DNA of 64,000 nucleotides from a bacterium (GTDB lineage: Bacteria; Babelota; Babeliae; Babelales; JABGSX01), in contig JABGSX010000006.1 in NCBI GenBank assembly GCA_018647505.1, positions 245 through 64,244 on the forward strand. Reading direction: 5' to 3'. Of the stretch, positions 28,701-36,554 are shown piece after piece. Within the stretch, counting starts at the first letter, position 1, and each line of letters starts with the position of its first letter. The notes beneath the pieces were generated by a model. That model saw nothing but the letters and a program-made list of their open reading frames with translations. It was not told the DNA's origin and ran no database searches. A program made the position numbers and the translations under genes.

Positions 28701-29234
28701 TTATTCGGCGTATGCTCCTGAAGTAAGAGCAACATGCTCGCCTAGAGCGGTTTCCACAGCTACAATTCTTCCTGCGTGAGATCCCAAGGCATCACTATGT
28801 GCTCCAATAGCTCCACCATGTTCTTCAAGAGATGCTTCATGTCTGGAAAGAGTATCCCCCTGTCCGGAAATAACGCGACTCTGTGCGGAAAGAGTTTCTT
28901 CATGTCTCGCTGACGCTTTTCCCAATACTCTCAACGACGCACCTAAATCAGCTGAATCTGTTAACGCTGACAATCGTGCAGCCATTCTTCCACCAAGCCC
29001 CCAAGCCTTTTTACCACCAACATAAAGTAAGGCTAAGGCTCCGGCGCCACCAGCAACTTTGGCTTGTGTTCTATAATCAACACGTGTAAAACGATCTGTT
29101 GCATAACTTCCAGCACCAAGTGTTGCTACAACCGCCGCTCTTTTACCCCATTTTTTAGCGGCCGCTTTTTTTCCGCCAGCCATCATGTGAGCTCCGACAG
29201 ACAACAACAATATTGCAAAAAGTAAACGTTTCAT
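28701..29234 (-). CDS. Secreted/membrane-anchored protein with His-heptad tail, island member 6
   Basis: Start set at ATG 29234 (SD AAAGGG). MKRLLFAILLLSVGAHMMA, G/A-rich helix AGGAGALALLYVGGKKAW, then nine x-H-x-x-x-[LI]-x heptads at the C-terminus. Confidence 0.75.
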   Translation of the reverse strand: MKRLLFAILLLSVGAHMMAGGKKAAAKKWGKRAAVVATLGAGSYATDRFTRVDYRTQAKVAGGAGALALLYVGGKKAWGLGGRMAARLSALTDSADLGASLRVLGKASARHEETLSAQSRVISGQGDTLSRHEASLEEHGGAIGAHSDALGSHAGRIVAVETALGEHVALTSGAYAE

Positions 29235-29343
29235 AAAAAAAACCCTTTCTGAGTTTGAAAAACCTATTAAACACAACTTCCTACCAACTTCAACCTAGTT
29301 TATAACATAGAAGATTTTTAAAGTAAACCCCACAAAATAACAC

Positions 29344-29814
29344 CTAGCAATGTCTTGCTTTCCAACTTGTTTTAGCACTTTTTGCTATATAATATACCGA
29401 GGGAAAATTTCGATTTAAAAATCTTAAAAATCGTCCATCATCACTGCATGAAATTCGCCGTGTAAGAACGCCCTCTATTTCTGGTTGTTCTTGGTCGGCA
29501 ACGGCATTTTCACCTTCGTAACAGCCTCCTTGTGACTTTTCTTCAAGCTTTTTGCTTAAACTTGGACGTTCTTCTTCTTCATGATGTTCCGAATTATTTG
29601 GGGGATTTTCAGAATCCTCTGGCCCACATGGCATATCATCTTCAACGAGAACCGACGGTCCACGATAAGAATCATAAGCTTTTTTTCCAGCTACAGTTAA
29701 ACATGCCAGAACCGCAATCCCCGCAGCTACATTTTGCCCTTTACTCATCTCAGCCCTGGAGGCAAAGTGAACACTCATGGCAAGAAAAACCAGCATCAAT
29801 AAACATTTTTTCAT
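29344..29814 (-). CDS. Secreted/membrane-anchored acidic protein, island member 5
   Basis: 156 aa. MKKCLLMLVFLAMSVHFASRA, second helix VAAGIAVLACLTVAGKKAY, then an acidic segment. Confidence 0.7.
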   Translation of the reverse strand: MKKCLLMLVFLAMSVHFASRAEMSKGQNVAAGIAVLACLTVAGKKAYDSYRGPSVLVEDDMPCGPEDSENPPNNSEHHEEEERPSLSKKLEEKSQGGCYEGENAVADQEQPEIEGVLTRRISCSDDGRFLRFLNRNFPSVYYIAKSAKTSWKARHC

Positions 29815-29999
29815 GTTTGTACTCCTTGTGTAATTGTACGATTAATAAAACAGTATGGTTTATAATATGATTGATATTTTTTACCACAGAAAAAATGATT
29901 TGCCAAGCAAGTTTGATGTTGAATTATCCGTTCTTACTTAGTGGAATAAGCGATAGCGAATGTGGCCAAATGTATACGAACATAAAGAAAAGATTTAAA

Positions 30000-30314
30000 T
30001 TAATTTAATGGCGCCTCTGCAGCCCGAACACCATCGCCTGTATCTAACTCCATTTGCAATTCAGCTTCAAATTGTTTTTGTCTTGCTTGTGCTGCTTCTT
30101 TTTGCTTCGCTTCTCTATCCGCCTGTGCACGTTCTAATGCAAGATCTCGTTGGTCTTCTTGAACTCCACGTATAGTATTGGCCGTCATCATTCGCCTTAA
30201 CTTAGAAGTAATGACCGAAACTTGTCTTGGAACTGCGGATTGTTCTTCTTTGTCAGCTGAATACATAAATACACAAAAGCTCAAACAAAAAAATAAACTA
30301 ATAATTTTTTTCAT
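30000..30314 (-). CDS. Small secreted charged (Q/E/R/A-rich) protein, island member 4
   Basis: 104 aa. MKKIISLFFCLSFCVFMYSA. SD TGGAG. Confidence 0.7.
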   Translation of the reverse strand: MKKIISLFFCLSFCVFMYSADKEEQSAVPRQVSVITSKLRRMMTANTIRGVQEDQRDLALERAQADREAKQKEAAQARQKQFEAELQMELDTGDGVRAAEAPLN

Positions 30315-30359
30315 AAAAACTCCATATTTAATTTTTCTTGAATCTACAATAGATTTTGA

Positions 30360-30722
30360 TTACTTTCTTTTAGCCGCACTAACACTAGATCGCCAAGCAG
30401 AAAAAACTTTTTTTACCAACTCTTTATGATCAATAAAAATACTTCTCATTTCATCCATGCCCTGTTCACGGCTTTCCACCTCTTCTTGATACATACTCTT
30501 TGAATAGTTTGTTACTGTAGACCAATTGTCATCATCATCGCAAGGCACAGCCTCCCCGGGCAATTCAACAACAGAACAATTAGGCCTTAAAAGGCTCTCT
30601 ACTGTTTCACAACCATCCGTGCCTCCTGTCGGTTCACCAAAGGCTCCAGCGTATACACGATTATCAGCCCCCCTCAACCAAAAAGTGAAAAACAATAAAA
30701 GACAAAACAAAGCTCTTTTCAT
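30360..30722 (-). CDS. Small secreted protein, island member 3
   Basis: Start set at ATG 30722 (SD AAGGA) rather than the ORF-track TTG at 30743. MKRALFCLLLFFTFWLRGADN. Confidence 0.65.
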   Translation of the reverse strand: MKRALFCLLLFFTFWLRGADNRVYAGAFGEPTGGTDGCETVESLLRPNCSVVELPGEAVPCDDDDNWSTVTNYSKSMYQEEVESREQGMDEMRSIFIDHKELVKKVFSAWRSSVSAAKRK

Positions 30723-30784
30723 AAAATCCTTAGAAATATTCAAAAAAATTATAATGTTATAGAGTAAAAAGTTTACAAAAAAAA

Positions 30785-30819
30785 GAGGAAAAAGACTATT
30801 AATTTAAGTCTTTTTCCTC
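30785..30819 (-). terminator. Hairpin terminator after island member 2
   Basis: Perfect 12-bp stem: GAGGAAAAAGAC (30785-30796) pairs with GTCTTTTTCCTC (30808-30819). On the minus strand it is followed by a T-run. Confidence 0.85.
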
Positions 30820-30838
30820 AAAAAACAATTTTTACTTT

Positions 30839-31372
30839 TTATCTACTAATACTCCTTTGCTTTCCATCAACCCCACGGTTAAATTGAGCCATCAATGCAT
30901 CAAGAGAATCAAAATCACCGGACCTTTTCGCACTCGATGGTCTTGGTTCCGGCTCTTCTCCGCCCTCATCTAAAGCGTCCAAAACTCTTGTGGGATCTCG
31001 GCGAAGCCTGGTTGCAACTCCGCGAGGAACAAACGAAACCCTTCTACCGCCACGCTCCACTTGCAGGAGACTTGTTGGGACATGCGGAACACCTTTTACA
31101 GCAAGTCTTCCCATTGCACAAAATAACGGTGGCACAGCTGGTGTTTCATCTGCGGTCTCAGCATGGGCTTCTGTAGCATAAGCTTCTCCCCCCGAAGGAG
31201 GCGCATCTTCATGACCCTTCGCCCCAAATATTTTCATAACCAAAGCTGATAAAAATAATTTGTGTGGTTCGCTCGGGCAGGCACCATAGGCACCGGCACG
31301 ATGCCTTGACGCACCCTCTAAAATCCCAGTCGACAAAACTATAAACAAAAAAAGAGCTGCTATTTTTTTCAT
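30839..31372 (-). CDS. Secreted Ala/Gly/Arg/Pro-rich protein, island member 2
   Basis: 177 aa. MKKIAALFLFIVLSTGILEGA. SD AGGGAA. Confidence 0.7.
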   Translation of the reverse strand: MKKIAALFLFIVLSTGILEGASRHRAGAYGACPSEPHKLFLSALVMKIFGAKGHEDAPPSGGEAYATEAHAETADETPAVPPLFCAMGRLAVKGVPHVPTSLLQVERGGRRVSFVPRGVATRLRRDPTRVLDALDEGGEEPEPRPSSAKRSGDFDSLDALMAQFNRGVDGKQRSISR

Positions 31373-31404
31373 GAAATGGTTCCCTAAATTTTGAATTTTA
31401 CAAC

Positions 31405-31737
31405 TTACCTCTTACTTAAAGCACACGGATCATCTAAAACAATTCTAATTCCATCAAGTAGTCCAACGTCAGCTCTAGAAGAATCATCTTCCCCTTCTAA
31501 ACCATCATAACGCTCATGCCGTGGAGAAAATACATCAAATTGATTGCGCGGATACGACAAACCTCTAAAACCCGGATGCTTAACGTCTGTCATATCAACA
31601 CATCTATGAACAACCGGCCTTAAAAGAACAAATCTTGCCGCGCATGCAACAAGACCTTTTTGTGCTCCAGGATCTCCAGGAAAAGATTTTTGAGAAATCG
31701 ACAACAAAACAATCGCAATCATAACAACCTTCTTCAT
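31405..31737 (-). CDS. Small secreted protein, island member 1
   Basis: 110 aa. MKKVVMIAIVLLSISQKSFPG. SD GGGGGGAG. Confidence 0.7.
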   Translation of the reverse strand: MKKVVMIAIVLLSISQKSFPGDPGAQKGLVACAARFVLLRPVVHRCVDMTDVKHPGFRGLSYPRNQFDVFSPRHERYDGLEGEDDSSRADVGLLDGIRIVLDDPCALSKR

Positions 31738-32079
31738 TTTTTCTCCCCCCTATAAGGATTGTATTATTTTCAACTCTTAAGAAAATAATACAAATACACA
31801 AAGGTTAAAATCAATAACCTACTGTTATTTTTCTTTATTGCAATCCTCAGGGATATAATCCAAAAAATGCCGAAGTAGTAACCGTACAACCTTGTCCAAA
31901 TCAAGCTAAACTTCAAGAGGACGTTTCATACCCCTTTCTCCATCTTTAAAAGCTCTCCTTGAAAGGTCTTGTCGGGAAAATCTTTCTACAAACGTCTCTG
32001 CATCTTCACTAGCAATTAATGGAAAAAATAGACAAGCGACAAATAAATAAAATCTACCAACAACCGCCCCTTTTTATTT

Positions 32080-33189
32080 TCACACACCTAACTTTCGCTT
32101 CTTTAAACTTTTTTGCGAAAATACTATTTTCCTTTTTTCTTTTATGCTCAATTGATTAAGAACATAATAAAAAAAATCACGGTCCGCACCTTTTACCACC
32201 GCCTGCTCATGAGCCTCCGACAAACATACCGGATAGCCTTGGCCCTTTTTGCTCTGATCAAAACAAACCGATGCTACAACATCAACCAAACTTTGATCGT
32301 TTGCAATCCATGCTGGAAATTCAACACGAGCAACCTCTTGCCCAACGTTCATGTAAAAAAAATGCGGAACTAAGTGTTCCGGATACTGTTTGGTAATTCG
32401 ACTGTTGTTTTTAAAAACAATGGACCTCTGTCCCTCTTGCAAATAAAAACTTGCTATCGAGCTGTCGACCAAGTGATCAACTGAATTTGCCGAGTTATAT
32501 TTACTGTGATCAAAAGCACATAACTCTAAACGAATCAAATTTACAAGCTCCTTGCTTTTTGGAAAGCTTATGTAGCTTGCTGTTATTATTTTTTTCTCAT
32601 ACACCCGCTCAAGAAGAGCGATATAGATTGACAAGAATCTTTGTTTTATTTCATGTCCATAATTTTCCAAATGCCAAAAAATTAATGAGCCATCAAAAAG
32701 CAAAATTGTCCCGGGATTTTTTGAAGCATAATCAATACCGACCTTGAATTCCAGTTCTTGCCTGCGGCAATCTACAATCTCAGATGAAAAACTTTCTGCA
32801 ATATCAGAAACATCCTTCATTGAAAAAACATACGGAACAGTGATCATTTTTGCAGGAATATAATTTTTGGAATAATTAAGATGAACAATCCCTACATTAA
32901 CCAAAAAACAAGATGCCCCATAATGCCTATCGGGATAAATTTGGGAACCATCAACGGCCACAACCTTGTATTCAGAACTTGGCTTAACATTATATTTTCT
33001 ACCAAGCAATCCACCCCAATGTGGTACAAGCCACGGACTTTGAGACGCCTTAACCTTTTGATCAAAAGTACTCTCTTGAGAAATTTTGGTCCACACTTTT
33101 TCTGCACGCAAATATTCATCTGAAAAGTCTAAAAATAATTCATCCGTCGCTAAAGACAAGGCTTTTACAACCTTGGCACGGTCAAGCAT
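32080..33189 (-). CDS. NurA-domain-like nuclease (tentative)
   Basis: 369 aa. VVAVDGSQIYPDR and LLFDGSLIFW (two DGS blocks), and GQGYPVCLSEAHEQAVV near the C-terminus. This matches my memory of the NurA 5'-3' nuclease domain pattern. Start overlaps the sufU stop by 8 nt. Confidence 0.55.
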   Translation of the reverse strand: MLDRAKVVKALSLATDELFLDFSDEYLRAEKVWTKISQESTFDQKVKASQSPWLVPHWGGLLGRKYNVKPSSEYKVVAVDGSQIYPDRHYGASCFLVNVGIVHLNYSKNYIPAKMITVPYVFSMKDVSDIAESFSSEIVDCRRQELEFKVGIDYASKNPGTILLFDGSLIFWHLENYGHEIKQRFLSIYIALLERVYEKKIITASYISFPKSKELVNLIRLELCAFDHSKYNSANSVDHLVDSSIASFYLQEGQRSIVFKNNSRITKQYPEHLVPHFFYMNVGQEVARVEFPAWIANDQSLVDVVASVCFDQSKKGQGYPVCLSEAHEQAVVKGADRDFFYYVLNQLSIKEKRKIVFSQKSLKKRKLGV

Positions 33190-33580
33190 TTTTATCTCGA
33201 TATTTTTTTATTCCATCTTGAATTGCTCTCAACGACAAAACTGCGCATTTTATTCGCGCAGGACCAAGCTCCATTTTGATCAAATTTAAAACATCATGTT
33301 CTTCTAGTTTATCAATTTCCTTAATAGTCTTTCCCTTACAAAACTCAGTAAGTATCGATGCTGTTGCCATACTTATCACGCAACCGTCTCCACTAAATTT
33401 TATTTCTGTAATAACACCATTATTGACCTTCGCATCTATATTAACCTGATCACCACAGGTTGGATTGTGATGCAAACTAGAAATGTCTGGGGTTTTCAAT
33501 AAACCTTTGTTTTTTGGATTTTTGTAGTGCTCCTGCATGTGATGCGCATATAGATTTTTAATGCTCATTTTGTGCTTCAC
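33182..33580 (-). CDS. sufU: SufU/IscU-type Fe-S cluster scaffold/sulfur acceptor protein
   Basis: 132 aa. NPTCGD, GDGCVISMATAS and a C-terminal KCAVLS cysteine. Confidence 0.85.
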   Translation of the reverse strand: MKHKMSIKNLYAHHMQEHYKNPKNKGLLKTPDISSLHHNPTCGDQVNIDAKVNNGVITEIKFSGDGCVISMATASILTEFCKGKTIKEIDKLEEHDVLNLIKMELGPARIKCAVLSLRAIQDGIKKYRDKNA

Positions 33581-33720
33581 TTTCTTTTAAAAATGAATTA
33601 ACATGCCGACTAATTAGAGATTATAACACGAATATAAAAAAAATATTCCAATATACAATCACATTTTTCTATACTTGTTTAGGTCTAATCGGTCTTGACA
33701 ATACACAAAGGGAGTTTGGC

Positions 33721-35460
33721 ATGAAAATAAAAAATAATTATAAAAAAACTTTTGTTAAAATTTTTCTTATTTTTTTACTTATAGCCAGCACAAATTCACA
33801 TACAGCCTCTGAAGGACTTAGGTTATTTTATACAGAATGCGACAGACTAACAGCTGAAATTGAAGCGACTCCAGGCCTAAGCCCTTCTCTGTTAAGTCGA
33901 TCAGAGAAAATGCTCGCAACTGTTGCAAAAGAAATTAACTCTGTTGAATGGAGCCAAGAAATTTTTACAAGAGTCTCACAATTGGTTCAAGCAATAGGAA
34001 AAAAAACATTAGAAGGAGACGGGCTTTCACCAGAAGCTGACATAAAGCAAATCGCATTGGCATTTTCCATGTTCCCAGATTCTCACAAAGATGCAAGACA
34101 CCCTGTAAACATTCTAGGATTATCAAATACTCTGCTTATGCTTTGTGGTCAATCAGCATCCAGAACAAGCGGTTTATTAACGGACGGGTCTCATAACATA
34201 TTTTTGCCAAGTATTCTGCGAAGCTTGTTTACCATAACCGACTCATTGCACAGAACAATTACAACAAGGCAGCTAAGGGAGGTTGCACAGTTCAACCTAG
34301 CAGAACATGGAATTGCGGTCATTCCACCTAGCATGGCAGCAGAATTCGGGCAGCACCTTATTTGCGATTCATGGGTAGCAGCAGAAGCACTTCCCGCTAA
34401 CTTGTTTGGCCCTCGGCCACCATCAGAAGTTGAACGGTTACTTTCCGAATATGGTGCAATTTCTGACGAGGTAGGAAGACACATAGAAATACTTAGACAA
34501 AAAGCCGAACAACTAGGACGACCACTGACGGCTGAAGATCTTCTTGGAGATGCCCCCGAGGAAAAAGAAGAAGAAGAGGAAGAAGAAGCACCAACGTTTC
34601 CAGCCGCGGAGGAAGAAGATCCAATGTTGTCCTCCAATAGCCCCCGTGCAATTTTTGCGCAAATAACAGGGCTGGTTACACGAGGCAAAAAACTGTTTAT
34701 AGCAATTATAGCACTTGGAACCGCCACAGGAACAATGGGAGCCCTATTTAAACGCCAATCAAATGGAACAAGAGTCTTTGACGGCGGGCTTTCTGCTTTA
34801 ATGGCAATTCCAGCAATATTTTCTGGAGTTAAAGTTGCCGGTGCAGCAGTTATAGCATTACTATCAGCATGGTACACCTCATGGAAAATAAAACGACTTT
34901 TACACGCTGACTGCAGAGCTGAAAGAAAGCTTGATCAAGACCGATTCAGATTGACATATGAACGTCATGGCGAACAAACATTATTAAAGCTTAAAGACAT
35001 CAAGCGTGTACAAAAAGAGATACTACGCGAACAAAAAGCAGACAAAAAAGAAAGACAACGACTGAGGGAAGAATTGGCGGCATCAGTTGCAAGTGTAACA
35101 ACCGTAGCACAAGGCACAAAGGCTGTTATGGACCAACAATTTAAAGCAATAATGGACAAACATCAAAGCGCAGAGGGAATTGTCCAAGAACTACAAGCAC
35201 TTGTTTTACAATGCTCTGATATGGCATTGCACGTCAGGGATGGCGTCGGCGCATACCTAGAAGGACACGAAGCTCAACTTATGGATGCAGCTATAAGTCG
35301 CGGGGTACCACAGTTGGTTCGCGATGACGAATTGAGAAGATTAGAATATATAGTTGCACATCATGGCCGATTTGGAAAAGGCAAATATAAAGAACGGCAA
35401 AAAGTAACACAGGCAATAGCAGATGTTCCTAGTGAAGCTCTTGTTGTTATTGAAACATAA
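33721..35460 (+). CDS. Hypothetical G+C-rich protein with signal sequence, poly-Glu tract, paired TM helices and a coiled-coil-like C-terminus
   Basis: 579 aa. MKIKNNYKKTFVKIFLIFLLIAS, EEKEEEEEEEA (around 34561-34590), hydrophobic pair KLFIAIIALGTATGTMGALF and LSALMAIPAIFSGVKVAGAAVIALLSAWY (around 34690-34885), and a K/E/R/Q-rich tail. Confidence 0.7.
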   Translation: MKIKNNYKKTFVKIFLIFLLIASTNSHTASEGLRLFYTECDRLTAEIEATPGLSPSLLSRSEKMLATVAKEINSVEWSQEIFTRVSQLVQAIGKKTLEGDGLSPEADIKQIALAFSMFPDSHKDARHPVNILGLSNTLLMLCGQSASRTSGLLTDGSHNIFLPSILRSLFTITDSLHRTITTRQLREVAQFNLAEHGIAVIPPSMAAEFGQHLICDSWVAAEALPANLFGPRPPSEVERLLSEYGAISDEVGRHIEILRQKAEQLGRPLTAEDLLGDAPEEKEEEEEEEAPTFPAAEEEDPMLSSNSPRAIFAQITGLVTRGKKLFIAIIALGTATGTMGALFKRQSNGTRVFDGGLSALMAIPAIFSGVKVAGAAVIALLSAWYTSWKIKRLLHADCRAERKLDQDRFRLTYERHGEQTLLKLKDIKRVQKEILREQKADKKERQRLREELAASVASVTTVAQGTKAVMDQQFKAIMDKHQSAEGIVQELQALVLQCSDMALHVRDGVGAYLEGHEAQLMDAAISRGVPQLVRDDELRRLEYIVAHHGRFGKGKYKERQKVTQAIADVPSEALVVIET

Positions 35461-35486
35461 AATATATAATTAACTTCTCAATAAAA

Positions 35487-35517
35487 ACACCTCGCAACTT
35501 TGCGAGGTGTTTTTATT
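35487..35517 (+). terminator. Rho-independent terminator
   Basis: ACACCTCGCA (35487-35496) pairs with TGCGAGGTGT (35501-35510), followed by TTTTATT. Confidence 0.85.
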
Positions 35518-35588
35518 GTGTTAAAAAGCCAATCTGATACAATCTAATAAATATTTTTAAATCAGAAACAGTACCACCGAGATGATAC

Positions 35589-36554
35589 TTGAAAAACAGA
35601 CTTTTTGCCCGAACATTGAATTTACACAGAAAAAGATTACAATTATGGTCTACTGTAAAATTAAGTATGGTTTTGTTATTAACATTTTTTATGGCACAGT
35701 GCGGCCTAAGCGAGAGATCAATGATAGAACATAAGAACGAAGCTCAAGAAGAAGACCCTCCCTCTTTATCTAAGTCTAAAACCACAAAACATATTATCTT
35801 TGACCTTGGCGGAGTAATGATACACTTTCCAAAAATTCGCCCTCTGTTTTATATTGGAATTGGAAATATTTTGTGGTACACACTCATAAAACGAAAAAAT
35901 CCAACCAAAATTTTGTACCATCTACTAGATATCGCTTACAAAATGGTCGACGAAAAAGAAAAAACCGATATCGTATTTAAAGACCACGTAATGTTTAGAA
36001 ACCACCCGCTAACAGCACTAACAAAAGAAGCCCTTTTGGGACACGTTACTTGTAACCAATTGCTAAAAGCAACAAAAGAGGCTTTGGTGAAAGCACAAGC
36101 TAAAAAGTTAATTGAACCACGAGAGCGAATGATCTTAGAAAAATTTGCAGATTTAATTATCGATCCAAAAACTGGCACACAGTATCTTGAAATATCAAGT
36201 TCATGCGTAAGCTTAATCCGTAAACTTAAAGAAGACAAAAACAACAAACTATATATTTTATCCAATTGGCCTGCAGACTCATTTGAGCTTTTAAGCCACT
36301 TACACAACGATGTTTTTAATCTATTTTACGGAATGGTAATCTCATCACATGTTCATCTGATAAAACCAGACAAAAAAATATACGAAAAACTATTAGTAAA
36401 ATACAATCTTGACCCTAGGTGTTGTTATTTTGTTGACGACCAGCAGGAAAACTTGGATGCCGCCAAAGATGTTGGAATCCACGGAGTTCTATGGAAAAAT
36501 GCAAGTGACGCAGAAATCAAACTAAAGAAACTTCACGTTATAGAAGATGTATGA
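35589..36554 (+). CDS. HAD-superfamily hydrolase with N-terminal membrane/signal segment
   Basis: 321 aa. Motif I IIFDLGGVM and motif IV YFVDDQQENLDAAKDVG. The TTG start in the ORF track is uncertain. Confidence 0.7.
   Translation: MKNRLFARTLNLHRKRLQLWSTVKLSMVLLLTFFMAQCGLSERSMIEHKNEAQEEDPPSLSKSKTTKHIIFDLGGVMIHFPKIRPLFYIGIGNILWYTLIKRKNPTKILYHLLDIAYKMVDEKEKTDIVFKDHVMFRNHPLTALTKEALLGHVTCNQLLKATKEALVKAQAKKLIEPRERMILEKFADLIIDPKTGTQYLEISSSCVSLIRKLKEDKNNKLYILSNWPADSFELLSHLHNDVFNLFYGMVISSHVHLIKPDKKIYEKLLVKYNLDPRCCYFVDDQQENLDAAKDVGIHGVLWKNASDAEIKLKKLHVIEDV

Noticed and set aside
34191-34877. 228-aa minus-strand ORF antisense to the 579-aa gene
   Set aside because: It lies entirely inside the G+C-rich part of a longer sense ORF that has a signal sequence, an SD and a terminator. 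It is Ser/Ala/Pro-rich, as expected for antisense of G+C-rich coding DNA. I found no start context or SD.
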